From contig ML978138.1 of NCBI GenBank assembly GCA_010015805.1, forward strand, positions 186,001 through 250,000: a DNA stretch of 64,000 nucleotides, read 5' to 3'. The notes under the pieces were generated by a model. It was not told the DNA's origin. It searched no databases and saw nothing but the letters and a program-made list of their open reading frames with translations. Position numbers and translations under genes: made by a program. This stretch comes from Rhizodiscina lignyota (lineage: Eukaryota). Below, in pieces: positions 1-11,665 of this stretch; within the stretch, counting starts at the first letter, position 1, and every line of letters starts with the position of its first letter.

Positions 1-23
1 TCCTGCTAACTTACATATTCCAG

Positions 24-3000
24 GTGCATCATATGCGAGTGCCTGTTTCTCTGCTCAGGAATGCTACAATAGCGCTTTTCAAGCGTGGTTGAGTAGCTCC
101 CCTCCCGAAGTCACCAGCACTACTACCATCTCTTCCACTATCACGGTGTACACTGGAAAGACAGCCACCTGTCCCGGAGCCTTCGGCCCTACTACCACGC
201 GAATCGTGGGGACCTTGACAAGCCTTGGCACAACGGTCCTGGCAAGTGCATCGAAGATACTCAACGACGGACAACCTATTCAGCCATCATGTTCTATCAG
301 TGTTCAAGATTGTAAGCCATCTTGGACAGATGTGTGTGCACCACCGCCCGCCACTTGCGGTGCTTGTACCATAAAGCCACAAACCGTGCGCCTACTTTAT
401 TTCCCTCCGCCTGCCAATGTTACCGCTCCAGTTTGTCGCGACAATACAGACACCTCGACAGCTTGCCCATTGGGGCCTACAACCGCACCATTAAGCATCA
501 ACACTGGTTTGGGACTGAGCGAAGTGCCGTGCCAATATGCTACGAACTTTTCCACATCCACAATGGACAGCGGTAAGCCCGTCTCCAAGAACTGTGCTGT
601 CTCCTTTCTAACGACGTACAGGACCATCAGCAGTTGTGAACGGGAGCACATTCTTCCAGAACCGCGCATATATTGAAATCGACGCAATCTCTGCCGTCAA
701 TGAATGCGGACCAATAGGTGCTATTCACACTTCTGCCATAATAACCTTAATGTCCTCCGACGTACATTCCTTTCGGGGCAACAATGAGGCTGCCACCGAC
801 ATAGGATACAGCTTCGACTTCCGCGATTTAACCAACGTCCCGCCAGAAGTGTATCGCATTGGCTTCTTCATCCCACCGAACGAATACGACACTGCCATCG
901 TAAATGGCGTTTCATATGGCCTGGGAAACAACTCCCTCCGAAGCTTCGACAGCGAGACAATCTACGACCCAGCATATGCACCGACCCTGCTTATGCCACT
1001 CCAAGTACGGAGTCTGGATGCTGCCTGGGCGAGCTGTTCATTGGATCTTGCAGGCTTCTATGATCCGCCTCTACCATTGACAACTGCGGCGGTGCTCGAT
1101 ACACCGACTCCGAAACCACCAAATCCAGGATCCACTCCACAACCTGTGAGTGCCCCACCGACTGCCTTGCCTGCCAGTACATCGAGTCAGCCAAAACCAA
1201 CACAAGGAGGAGGTGGGTCTGGGAGCAATACAGGCGGCTCAGGTGGGAGTGGCTCAAGCGGAAGTGGCTCAAGCGGAAGTGGCTCGAGTGGAAGCGGAAG
1301 TGGCTCGAGTGGAAGTGGAAGCGGTTCAAGTGGGAGTGGCTCGAGTGGAAGTAGCTCAAGTGGAAGTGGCTCTAGTGGGAGTGGCTCAAGTGGAAGTGGA
1401 AGTGGCTCGAGCGGGGGTGGCTCAAGTGGAAGTGGAAGTGGCTCGAGTGGAAGTGGAAGTGGCTCGAGCGGGAGTGGCTCAAGTGGAAGTAGCTCAAGTG
1501 GGAGTGGAACAAGTGGAAGTGGCTCGAGTGGGGCTGGGACAAGCGGTGGTTCTGGAAGCAACTCAGGCAGCTCTAGCGGAGGTGATTCTGGCGCTAACTC
1601 AGGAGGAGCCGGCAGCAGCTCTGGTGGATCTAGCAACAATTCAGGAGGCTCCGGCTCGAGCGGCTCCCCTGGCGCTGGAAGTTCCGGCAGCGGTGGAAAT
1701 CCAGGAGCGTCTAGCAGCTCTGGCAGTTCTAGTGGCTCATCAGGCGATAATGGAAATCCCGCAAGCTCCGGCACATCTGGATCTTCGAATTCTGGAGGGA
1801 ACTCGGGCAGCTCAGGTAATGCAGGCGGGGGTGGTGCAGGTACGGGATCTGGCTCAGACTCTGGATCTGGGTCAAGTAGTGGTTCGGAAAATTCAGATGG
1901 CAGTGGAGGTGGAGCAGCAGGCAGTGGCAATGACCAAAGCCCAGAACCTGTGCCCTCGTCTATTGGTGGCCAACCTGTTTCTGCCGATCCATCGAATCCT
2001 TTCGGTGTAGTGATCGGTTCTAATACTTTAACACCTGGACAATCCACCGTGATCGGCAGTACGCCTGTTGCAGTCGGAACTGGTGTGATTGTCGTTGGTG
2101 GCAGTGGGGCGGGAGGGGGAAATGGTGATGGAAATCCCCCAGTAAGCGGCGGTGGCCAAGGTGGAAGTGGTTCCGCTGGCACTGCAGCTGGCGGTGGAAA
2201 TGCTGACTCTGGAAACTCTGGTGATGTTGGAGGCTCTGGCAATCAAGCAGTTCAAGGCACTCGACCAGCAACAATCGCGATTCCTCCAGCAGGCGGCAGT
2301 GGAAACAATGTTGGCGTTGGAGTCCCAGTTGGTAACGGGCAGACGCTCACGGCTAGCCAAGTCGCCGGTGGTGTAGCCATTGGCAGCACAACCTTGGCAG
2401 ACGGACAGGTCGCTAGTTTCGGAGGCTCGCGAGTGTCGGTATCCGGAGACAACATCGTAGTCACGCCCGAGCAACCAACAGCAGGAGCTGTGGGAAATAA
2501 TGGCAATGGCGGAGTTGCGACGACTTTCGCTCTCTTTAATGCACCCGCTCTTGCATCTGCAATTGGTGGCGGAGCAGCTGCTGGCGCGACCTCGGCAGTT
2601 TCTGAAGCACCAGTCACGTTGAATGGAAAAACTCTCACAGCAATTGAGTCGGGCAATGCGGTCGTGCTAGGCTCGCTCACACTAACTGTAGGCGGTTCTG
2701 CACAGACTCTGGGAAATGGGCAGGTTGTGAGCGCTGCATCAGGAGCCGTCGTTATCGATGGGAGTACAATTCCGCTTTCAGCAGCTCCATTGGCTGCTGA
2801 AGCCACGTTCGCACTCGGATCCCAGGCCATCACAGCAACGGAGGCGGGTAGTACTATCGTTTTTGGGTCAGCGACATTAACCATCGGCGGTGCTGCGACT
2901 ACGATTGATGGGCATGTTGTCAGCGCTGGCCGATCCGGTTTAGTCGTTGATCGTACAAGTACAGTACCATTTTCTGCTGCACCGACAGAAGAAGCGACAT

Positions 3001-3329
3001 TTGACCTGGGATCTCAGGCCGTAACAGCAGTTGAAGCGGGAAACAAAGTTGTGATTGATAGCACAACTTTGACGGTTGGTGGAGCGGCGAGGACGATTGA
3101 TCGACACAGAATCAGCGCTGGAAATGGCGATGTGGTTGTTGATGGGACGAGGACGATTCAACTGTCTGCCGTAAGAAGCGCTTCGACATCAAGCACGCGT
3201 CCGTCTAGTGCATCCGCAAATGCATCGGGTCCAGCGACAGCCACATCCTCTTCGGCAGGGCACGTATGGCCAGATTGGTGGATGGGGGTAGCTACTGCTA
3301 CGATGTTAGTGTGGATGTTGATGACATGA
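24..3329 (+). CDS. Ser/Gly/Thr-rich, probably GPI-anchored cell-wall or adhesin-like protein (5' end lies outside the window)
   Basis: Intron tail GCTAAC..CAG ends at 23. Exon 24-572 (Cys/Thr-rich; ORF 89-676 frame) is joined via GT-AG intron 573-621 to ORF 636-3329. Contains a long SSGSG tract, repeated beta-rich units (TLTVGG..TIDG..ISA...VVDG) and a small-residue plus hydrophobic C-terminus (SSSSAG...WWMGVATATMLVWMLMT) typical of a GPI signal. Confidence 0.85.
1240..1535 (+). repeat. Coding tandem repeat of 15/21-nt units (GGCTCRAGYGGRAGT, with or without GGAAGT) encoding GSSGS(GS)
   Basis: More than 15 near-identical units are directly visible. Confidence 0.95.
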
Positions 3330-3884
3330 CGTGACTGTTCTTTGTAATGACTTGGGAATGGAGTGAAAGCTCTGCTCTACATAGACGGATGCTGTAATCT
3401 CAGAAAATATGTCGAAATACCTCTTCCACTGGTCTCTGCCTCGGAAAGAACCAAACCGTGAATCCGAGACAGACTTAGCGAGAGCCGAGTCTCTTTAATA
3501 CTGACCGCTTGTGCACTGCAAAGCATGAAGTGGTTGATGACGACTGATCCTAGGGAATCGCAGTCAAGGCAACTAAGCGGTATCGCAGTGACGGATTAGG
3601 CTTCCACCATAAGTGTATCGACAGACAGCAACACTGCTATCCCCAAATAGTTGAGTGTCTGAAAGAAAATGTTTGGCTCGTGGCAAGAGTCACTCGCAAT
3701 ATTTAACCGCACTTCAGAGCTGACAATAGGGAGTAATCTGAGTAGAATTCACGTAACGTGTGTGAAAGATCAATAATGCCAAACGCATAATCTGAATTCG
3801 GGTACGGGTACCTGAAACTGCGCTACCACATGCAATGGACTTTAGGAAAGGCGCAGGTATCTAGAAACGAGCACAATTCGGATA

Positions 3885-4434
3885 TCACTTATACTGCGGC
3901 CCTCCCTGGGGGCCTCCTGGCGGATGGCCACCTCCTCCATACGGGCCCATCGCGACGTTGCCTTGGCCGTTCGTGACGTCCGGACGATACCTGTGGCAAA
4001 AAGTCAGCGCAACCGGACGGACATAGATGAAATGTGTGAAGCGTACTTCATATCTTGGTAGAAGTTACAGATGTGGCAGCCGACTTCATGCCAGGGTTTG
4101 AGCGAGAATGGTATTAACGGCTACCGGAGTTCATAATGTTAGTCTTGGCCTTGGAACATGTAGATGGGTGTACATACAACGAAGCAGAATGTGAACCATT
4201 CCCCTGAGCAGGGTAAATAAAGCTCCATTATCACTGGATATCATTTAGACTTACATCGCTTATACGGTCGCGCTGAGATGTTTCCGCAGTTTTGACCTAG
4301 CAAATAGATCAGTGATTGCCTTTTCCTGAAGTAGTGGCTACACAAGGGGACGAACATTGCACGACGACATTCTCGTAGCCCTTCAATGGCGAGGTGAAAG
4401 TGTGCGTTCCGCACGTGAAGATGAAGAAGACCAT
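3885..4434 (-). CDS. Small zinc-ribbon protein (zinc_ribbon_15-like), 108 aa, 5 exons
   Basis: Exons 4434-4356, 4296-4255, 4203-4178, 4120-4047, 3990-3885; all introns GT..AG. The product is MVFFIFTCGTHTFTSPLKGYENVVVQCQNCGNISARPYKRWEWFTFCFVPLIPFSLKPWHEVGCHICNFYQDMKYRPDV...GGPQYK*, with CxxC...WFTFCFVPLIP...CxxC. Absent from the ORF track. Confidence 0.88.
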
Positions 4435-5477
4435 CTCGAGTCGCCTCCGGTTTCGCAGTGATGGAGTGTTTCAGGATTCAAAGGGTTTTGGGATCCCGCT
4501 GTGGCGTCTCGTGACCGGCTGCGGCGAGATGGGAGTCGATCGTAGGTACGTAAGAATGCAGAGCTGGCTTAGGATGGAGAGAGTGGAGTAACATGCGCAG
4601 CTATATGTTGCAGGGGAAAGGAAGACGCGGAAGGAGGTGGAGTGAGTATGTAATGTGGCTGAGTTGATGATGAAGATGAGGTGTTGCGGGTGCGATGCGA
4701 CGATTGGCGACCGCGGGGGCTGGGACGCGACTGCACTCCCCGCTAGCGCGTTCTGGGCGCCCTGTATACTGTCGAGATTAGCTCATGCTCATGTGCGCTC
4801 AATGCGCGAGCTTTGGCCATCAATATATGTCCAACCAAAGATCAGGCCCCAGAGAGGGAAAAGCCCTCTTTGAAAATAATTGGGGGACACCGCATTATAC
4901 ACATTGCAGATATTTGCATAAGAGCCTCTCCCTTTCAAACGACGCTCTGCGACGGCGCCTTAGCATGAGATGCTTTTACGTTCTGTCTCGACATTATAAC
5001 GGCTACCCTCCGCCTTATCCTGGGCAATGCGCTGCCGAGAGACATATTGCGCTTGGCCTAAATTGGCACATTGATTGACAGTATGTTTCATAGATCTTTC
5101 TGCCATGCTCATCGAGGAAAGTTAAATGCGAAGTGTTTTGTTCAAATTGATTAGGTATCTCGAAGTGTATGCGACGTGTGGCAGATAGCGGTGGAAGGCC
5201 ACGCCGAGCCTACGCCATTGTCTGGCATGGAAGCCACTCACCGACTGCAGACGCTGAGCAGAGCATTGATATTGGCGGACACCCAAGGATGTCTGAGAAG
5301 CATGATGGGATCTACATTATGGACAATTGACTGGACTTTTGAAAGTGGTATCCTACAAGAAAGAAAGACTTCGAGAGCCCAAAGAGATCCTAACTGCGTG
5401 ACCGGTAAAGTCGTGGTCATCCTCAATGCCGCGTCCGTTCCAATCGTAAAGTTGCCAAGAGACCTTCGTCTGCCATT

Positions 5478-6114
5478 TCATTGCGTCTTGAAGAGAAGGA
5501 TGGCACAGTGTCCGAGGTAGAAGTAGATGAAGTGCTTCGTTTCTGCTCTATTGTCAGCTGATAGACAACAGAGTGTCTCTGGAGTAATGATCATACCGTG
5601 AGTGACGAAGCTGCCGAAGTTCCGGCCGACAATGCAATGCCATGTTGCTCCTTTCCGGCTGTCAAACTGAACGGTAACTTTTAGTATCGGTCAGAATGAC
5701 AAGTTGGAGCAGCTGTTCCCCTTACTTCTTTCTTGATGTACTGGGCGATATCCTGACACTAATGTTAGTAAGGGCAACGTCGAAGAGCTCTCGCTGATGC
5801 GATCGTACCTTCTCGATATTGAACTTCGACATGGCATCTTGAGCTAAGAGGCGTTAGACACGTCTGGTGTAACAGACAGCGACGCGTTGTCCGGTGGCGG
5901 CGACGTACCAACTTCGATAGCTTCTTGTTGCATATCTTCGCTCTACATCACATGGTGAGCACGTGTCCCTCTGCGAAAGACGCGATAGACTTACCATATC
6001 GGCGGACTTGATTTGCGCTTCACATTCCACCATTGTTAGCTCAAACACTCCCTTTCAAACGCGTCTTGGGAGCTCACCCTCAAGCCTCTCCGGCGCGTTC
6101 CCGTCCGCAGCCAT
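5478..6114 (-). CDS. DYN2: Cytoplasmic dynein light chain LC8 (Dyn2/NudG), 96 aa, 7 exons
   Basis: Exons 6114-6078, 6017-5995, 5942-5909, 5843-5809, 5752-5726, 5666-5597, 5542-5478 splice to [96 protein letters not shown]. This carries the LC8 signature [16 protein letters not shown]. Confidence 0.97.
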
Positions 6115-6407
6115 GTTGAATGTCACACCAGATGCGGTCGAAAAGTAAAGTCGCGATGTATGCAAAGGAGCGTGTCGAATACCAATAGGAGAATTTACGG
6201 GGCTGTTTATATGTAGCACGCGCTCAAAGTGCGAAAACTCCTGGACTCCGGCTCTCCTGGTGGCTTGCATAAGGTGCGTGAACGTTTTGTCGTCGGATTT
6301 CGGCCGCCGCCCCACACCGCCCCCTGCTCGCTTGGCGACCCTTGTGGAAATCTCCGCAAACTATTTTTTTAATAGCCTGACTTTCATGCGTTCTCTATCA
6401 AGCTGCA

Positions 6408-9250
6408 ATGGCTTCATCACGCATTTTTGTTCGCGGGCTCCCGCCGAGCCTATCCGAAGATGATTTCAGGAAACACTTCTCTCACCAATATGGCATTACG
6501 GATGCGAAATTCTTCCCCCAGCGACGCATTGGCTATGTGGGGTACAAGAGCCCTGAGGATGCGGCGAAGGCCGTCAAATATTTCAACAAGACGTTTATCA
6601 GGATGTCCAGGATAGCAGTGGAGCTAGCTCGGCCTGTGCGTTACCTTTCTCAACCTTTGGTTCCGTGATAGTACTTCCGCTGATCCATTAATGCTAGGTT
6701 GCAGAGACTGCATACCAGCATCCTCGACATGGACAACAAACCGAGCAGAAGGCGAATGGCAGATCAAAAATGGAGGCAGCAGTATCTAAAGAGTCTTCGA
6801 ACCCATTGAAGCGCAAACGATCCGAGCCTGAGAGCGAACGGAAGGCGAAGTCAGACCCGAAGGACGAGAAACTGGCGGAATACTTGAAGGTTATGACGAG
6901 TGGTGGAGACTCTAGACCGTGGGACGACATTGATTCTGCGGACGTTCCTGCCAATGGAGATCATACAGAAGAGACGACTCATCAGCCGGTGCAGGCACCT
7001 GAAGGAGAGAGCGATGATGAATACCAGGCGATTGCTCAACCAGCAAAGCGGAAACAGCAAGAGACAAAGCATGTGGTGGAAGCGGACAATACAGATACTG
7101 ATGAGAAGGGTGAGGACGGATCGGGTGGCGAAGATGTCGATATGCAACCGGAAGAGACGGCGGCAGATAAAGAAATGCCAAATGCCGGAGAGGATGATGA
7201 ACCACCCACCGCCGTCTCAGATGCAGATTGGCTACGATCACGCACGAGCAGACTACTAGGATTGGTTGAAGACGACGAGGAAAAATCGCACGAGAATGCG
7301 ATCTCTGAAGACGAGAATGAAGGGAAAGGCTCTCAGAAATTAGCAACATCGGTAAAGACGGGGTTGGATGATGCACCACAAGATACCAAGCCTCAGGCTC
7401 ACCACACGCAAAACGAGCCTACTGCTGCAGGAGAAGAAGAAGAGAAAGAAACCCTTAATGCGGACGAGACGGCGATTCGACAGAGTAACAGGCTGTTCGT
7501 ACGGAATTTACCGTACAGCATAACAGAAGACGATTTGCGCAAGCATTTCACGCCGTATGGAGAGCTTGAAGAAGTACGTCTATACATTTCTTTCATTTCA
7601 TATTTCCATGATGAATACCAGATAGGGACAACTTATGCAAAAGCAATGATGCGAACTTCTGGAAGAGTATTTTAGTAGATGCTTCTCTTTCTGAATCTTA
7701 TTCTAATCTTTATTCGCTTAAAATGCCAAAGAAAAGCACCCGCTGACAGCCTGAAGGTACATATTCCGATGGATACGATGAAAGGTGTGCCCAAAGGATT
7801 CGCCTACATTCAGTTTGCTACGGGAGACGATGCTGTTCAGGCATACAGGAATTGCGACGGCACAATCTTCCAAGGTCGGCTTCTTCATGTTCTACCAGCT
7901 GCCGCAAAACGAGAGACCAAACTCGATGACTATGCGATCTCCCAACTCCCGCAGAAGAAGCAAAAGCAAATAAGACAAAAGGCAGAAGCAGCCAAGTCTA
8001 CATTCAGTTGGAATTCGCTCTACATGAACGCAGATGCGGTGATGTCTTCAGTGTCGGATCGGCTTGGTGTGGATAAGGCTGTCCTGCTCGATCCTACTTC
8101 CTCGGATGCTGCCGTCAAGCAGGCACTTGCCGAGACACATGTCATTCAAGACACGAAGACGTATTTCGCCCAGAATGGTGTTGATCTGGATGCGTTCAAG
8201 CGACATTCGAGAGGCGACACAGCAATTCTGGTCAAGAACTTCCCGTACGGGACAAAGCCCGATGAACTTCGAAAGATGTTCGAGGAGCATGGTAAAGTGA
8301 TCAGATTTCTCATGCCACCTAGTGGCACAATCGCCATTGTGGAATTCGGTGTCGCACCAGAAGCTAGGGCAGCATTTGCTTCTCTGGCGTACCGAAAGAT
8401 CAAAGACTCTGTCTTGTTTTTAGAAAAGGCACCAAGGGACCTCTTCTTCAAATCCGCGGCGACACCCGCGGATTCCAAGAAGCAAGCCGAGGCCCCTGTG
8501 TCGGCGGCGGATCTCATTCAAAGCAGGGGAGATGCAGAATTAATAGATACAACAACGTTGTTCGTGCGCAACCTCAACTTCTCAACGACTTCAGAGCGCT
8601 TAGCAGAAATCTTCAAGCCCTTGGAAGGTTTCATGTCCGCGCGCGTCAAGACGAAAACGAATCCCAAGAAGCCCGAGGAAACCCTCAGCATGGGCTTCGG
8701 CTTCCTCGAATTCCGCAGCAAAGCCAACGCGCAAGCCGCGCTCGCCGCCATGGACGGGCACAACCTTGACGGGCACCAACTGGTCATCAAGGCGTCGCAG
8801 AAGAGCCTCGACGCTGCTGAAGAGCGCCGTCGCACCGACCGCGCTAAGAAACTCGCTGCACAAAAATCGAAGATCATCATCAAGAACCTCCCCTTCGAGG
8901 CATCGAAGAAGGATGTACGCGAGTTACTCCGCCAGTACGGTCAGCTACGCAGCGTGCGTGTGCCAAAGAAGTTTGACAATAGCGCACGGGGGTATGCGTT
9001 TGCGGAGTTTGTGAGTCCCAGCGAGGCGGCGAATGCGATGGCTGCGCTGGGCAGCACGCATTTGCTTGGTCGGAAGTTGGTGATGGAGTTCGCGGCGGAG
9101 GAGGCGAAGGATGCGGAGGAGGAGATTGAGCGCATGGCGCAGAAGGTGGGCGAGCAGACGGACAAGGTTGCGCTGCAGAAGCTGGTTGGTAAGGGGAGGA
9201 GGAAGTTCAATGTTGGTGACGAAGCAGGTGGTGGTGATGCAGATGCTTGA
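6408..9250 (+). CDS. MRD1: Multiple-RRM pre-rRNA processing protein Mrd1 (RBM19 family)
   Basis: N-terminus MASSRIFVRGLPP, five RRMs and the conserved SWNSLYMNADAV...AVKQALAETHVIQ segment. Introns 6636-6697 and 7574-7756 join the three ORF-track pieces in frame. Confidence 0.95.
7604..7698 (+). ncRNA. Intronic box C/D snoRNA, snR64-like (predicted guide for LSU rRNA Cm2337, yeast numbering)
   Basis: Lies inside MRD1 intron 2. Box C ATGATGA 7608-7614; guide AGATAGGGACA 7620-7630, complementary to the conserved LSU segment UGUCCCUAUCU; D'-like CTTA 7632-7635; C'-like ATGATGC 7646-7652; box D CTGA 7691-7694. The +5 rule points to the first C of GUCCC. The snR64 assignment relies on recalled yeast sequence. 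Confidence 0.85.
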
Positions 9251-9661
9251 GGCTCGATTGCTGTCGTACAGATATGCGAAGATCTGCATATGGGTGAAGA
9301 AGTGGAGTTGCGGGCCGGTCCTTTTTGACAGCGCATATGTGCAGATGACGAATGGGAGATTTGGGGAAGCGCATCTTCATACGCATTCTGCATGGAAGAC
9401 GTAGGATACAGGTCGCATTTTTGTTCGTAGTCGATGCGAACATGGCGAGTTCGATACGCCCCGCAAGAGTACCTGCAGCCGCGCGATCGCGTTTACGAGG
9501 CAGATCAAGCCACAATATGGACTTGCCTAATGCATCAAAGTTCCATTGCAGAATCTAAATATCCACTAGATCGCCGTGAACATCCATTCGTACATGTTCT
9601 GTCACATTTCTGCGCCCTCGGCACGTCAAACTGCAATTCCAGTTCCAAATCCAACGCAATA

Positions 9662-10473
9662 ATGCCCATCCGTCAGGCTCGCTGGACCGATCTCGAAGCC
9701 ATCAACGCGCTCTGCACGGAGTCGTTCTGGGACGAAGATGTCACAGGTCGCATCATGCACCCACAGCGACACAAGTATCCCGGCGACGTGATCAGGTACT
9801 GGCGCAAGAAGAATCGGCAGGACTACTGGGACTGGGCGCACTGCTATGTTGTCGCGACGGACGATGAGGGGAAGATTGTGGGCTTTGCGGATTGGTCGAG
9901 GGAGAGTAGGGGGTTGGCATGGTGGGATCCACGTATGCGCACAATTTTCGTAGCGGACCTCAAGAGTACCAATTTGCTCGTATCGGAAAAAACACAATAT
10001 GCACATTTTTGGGGCATTCTGATATGGAATCCTAACGTATTTTACAATGGCCAGGACGCATCTTCCGCCCCCTCGCTAACCTCTTCACCACCATTTCGCT
10101 TTTCTTCTTCCCCAATCGCGCTATCGATCCGCCAGCCCTGCACTACTACGAGCGTGCCCTCATGCTCAACCAGCACCTCTGGGCCGGCCGCCGCGCGAAC
10201 CCATGGTTCCTCGACCTGCTGGCCGTCGCGCCGTCGGCGCAGCGCAGGGGCTATGGACGGCAGTTAGTGCAGTGGGGACTGCACCATGCGAGAAAGGAAA
10301 AGGCGCCCGCGAGCGTGGTGAGTAGTTTCGGGAACGATGAGTTTTATCTCAAGGCTGGGTTTGACAGGGTGGTGGGGAACGTGAGTGAGGGGGAGGGGAA
10401 TCCGTTGAGCGGTTGCAAAGGGGGCAGTGTCTTGTTCATGGATGCGCCGGAGTCTGTGGAGGAGTCGGTGTGA
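9662..10473 (+). CDS. GNAT-family N-acetyltransferase
   Basis: MPIRQARWTDL start. Intron 9933-10054 joins to an exon containing LDLLAVAPSAQRRGYGRQLV (acetyl-CoA motif A, QxxGxG) and FYLKAGF. Confidence 0.88.
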
Positions 10474-10870
10474 CGAGCTGCAATCGAGGTGCTCGGGCAT
10501 GCGGAGGCCCGTTGATGAGGCTGGAGGCCGTGATCTTGTTGATGCCTTATCCGAGGGCAGATGCGGGCGAAGCTGTCTTGTACATAGCCAGGACATCTGT
10601 TGCTCATATTCCCGAACTCTTTCCGGCTTCGCTCGTCGACGAAGAACGGACGGAATGACGACATCTTGTGCCATCTCGAATCTCTCTCCTCGATTTTCCG
10701 GGTGTTGAGAACGGCCTCCCGGACCGTGGAGATGTGCGGCCAGCATCCCCTGCGCCTGTGCTCCAGCACAGACGCGATTCGCACGCGTTGAGCTCAGCTC
10801 GCCAAAAAAAAATCCGATAGCTGTTTGCTATCTTGTCCCGTTGCTTTCTTTTCTCACCTCCTCCCCTTCA

Positions 10871-11665
10871 ATGCTGGTTGTCCAACCGTCTCGTCTCCTC
10901 ATCAGGCGGCAATTTCTATCTCGTCTCCCGAAGTCTCAGAATTCAATTGTCGTTGCGAACAGTTCCCGAAGAATTTCAACAAGCCCGGAGCTCCGCTACG
11001 TCATGTCCGCCGCCAAAGAGCCAGTCAAAGAAATGTCCAAGGACATCAAGTCTCCGGCCAACACCACTGAAGTCCAGCAGGATCTCGACATCGGGAACAA
11101 CATCTATGCAAAGTCATACAAGGGGCAGCACCTGCCAACCGCGCCGGGCAGGCATTATTGTGTCGGTACGTCCTTGACTCTACACCGCATCCTCAACCCT
11201 TCAATCCCAACATTACATAGGCCCAGTACTAACCACCATGCGACAGTAACTTGCATGGACTCCCGTATCGATGTCTTCCCGGCTTTCGGCATGCATCTCG
11301 GCGATGCCCACGTCATCCGTAACGCCGGCGGCTCCGCTCGCGACGCTCTGCGGTCCATCGTCATCTCGCAGCAATACCTCAACACAAAGGAAGTCATCCT
11401 GATCAAGCACACCCGTTGCGGCCTGGAGATGTTCACCGACCCAGAGGCAGATGCCATGCTCGAGGAGCGGAGAGGCAAGCAAGCGCTGGAGACGGTGAGG
11501 CAAGCTGGTAGTGGGCACTGGCATGCTTTTGGAAATCAGAAGGTCGATGAGGCGACGAGGGAGGATGTGGACTTTTTGAAGTCGTCTGGTTGTTTGGTTG
11601 ATGGAACGGAGGTTAGTGGGTGGGTGTTTGATGTTGAGAAAGGCAGGGTTAAGAGGGTGGCGTAA
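10871..11665 (+). CDS. Beta-class carbonic anhydrase (clade D-like); possible starts at ATG 10871 and ATG 11003
   Basis: Zn ligands in TCMDSR and HTRCG, plus DAHVIRNAGG and VSGWVFDVEKG. Intron 11166-11246 (GTACGT..TACTAAC..CAG). Confidence 0.92.
   Translation: MLVVQPSRLLIRRQFLSRLPKSQNSIVVANSSRRISTSPELRYVMSAAKEPVKEMSKDIKSPANTTEVQQDLDIGNNIYAKSYKGQHLPTAPGRHYCVGTSLTLHRILNPSIPTLHRPSTNHHATVTCMDSRIDVFPAFGMHLGDAHVIRNAGGSARDALRSIVISQQYLNTKEVILIKHTRCGLEMFTDPEADAMLEERRGKQALETVRQAGSGHWHAFGNQKVDEATREDVDFLKSSGCLVDGTEVSGWVFDVEKGRVKRVA

Noticed and set aside
1187..2242. 351-aa minus-strand Leu/Pro/Glu ORF and 286-aa plus-strand VAQVE ORF
   Set aside because: Antisense and off-frame shadows of the Gly/Ser repeat in the wall-protein gene.
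7679..7756. Apparent hydrophobic signal peptide MLLFLNLILIFIRL on the MRD1 3' ORF
   Set aside because: It is intron 2 sequence overlapping the snoRNA 3' end; the real exon starts at 7757.
9434..9661. N-terminal extension of the GNAT ORF and a GTTCGAT T-loop-like motif near 9450
   Set aside because: The GNAT fold starts at ATG 9662; there is no T-stem or A-box to support a tRNA.
9662..11665. GNAT plus carbonic anhydrase as a cyanate or xenobiotic detox cluster
   Set aside because: No cyanase or other pathway gene is present; adjacency only.
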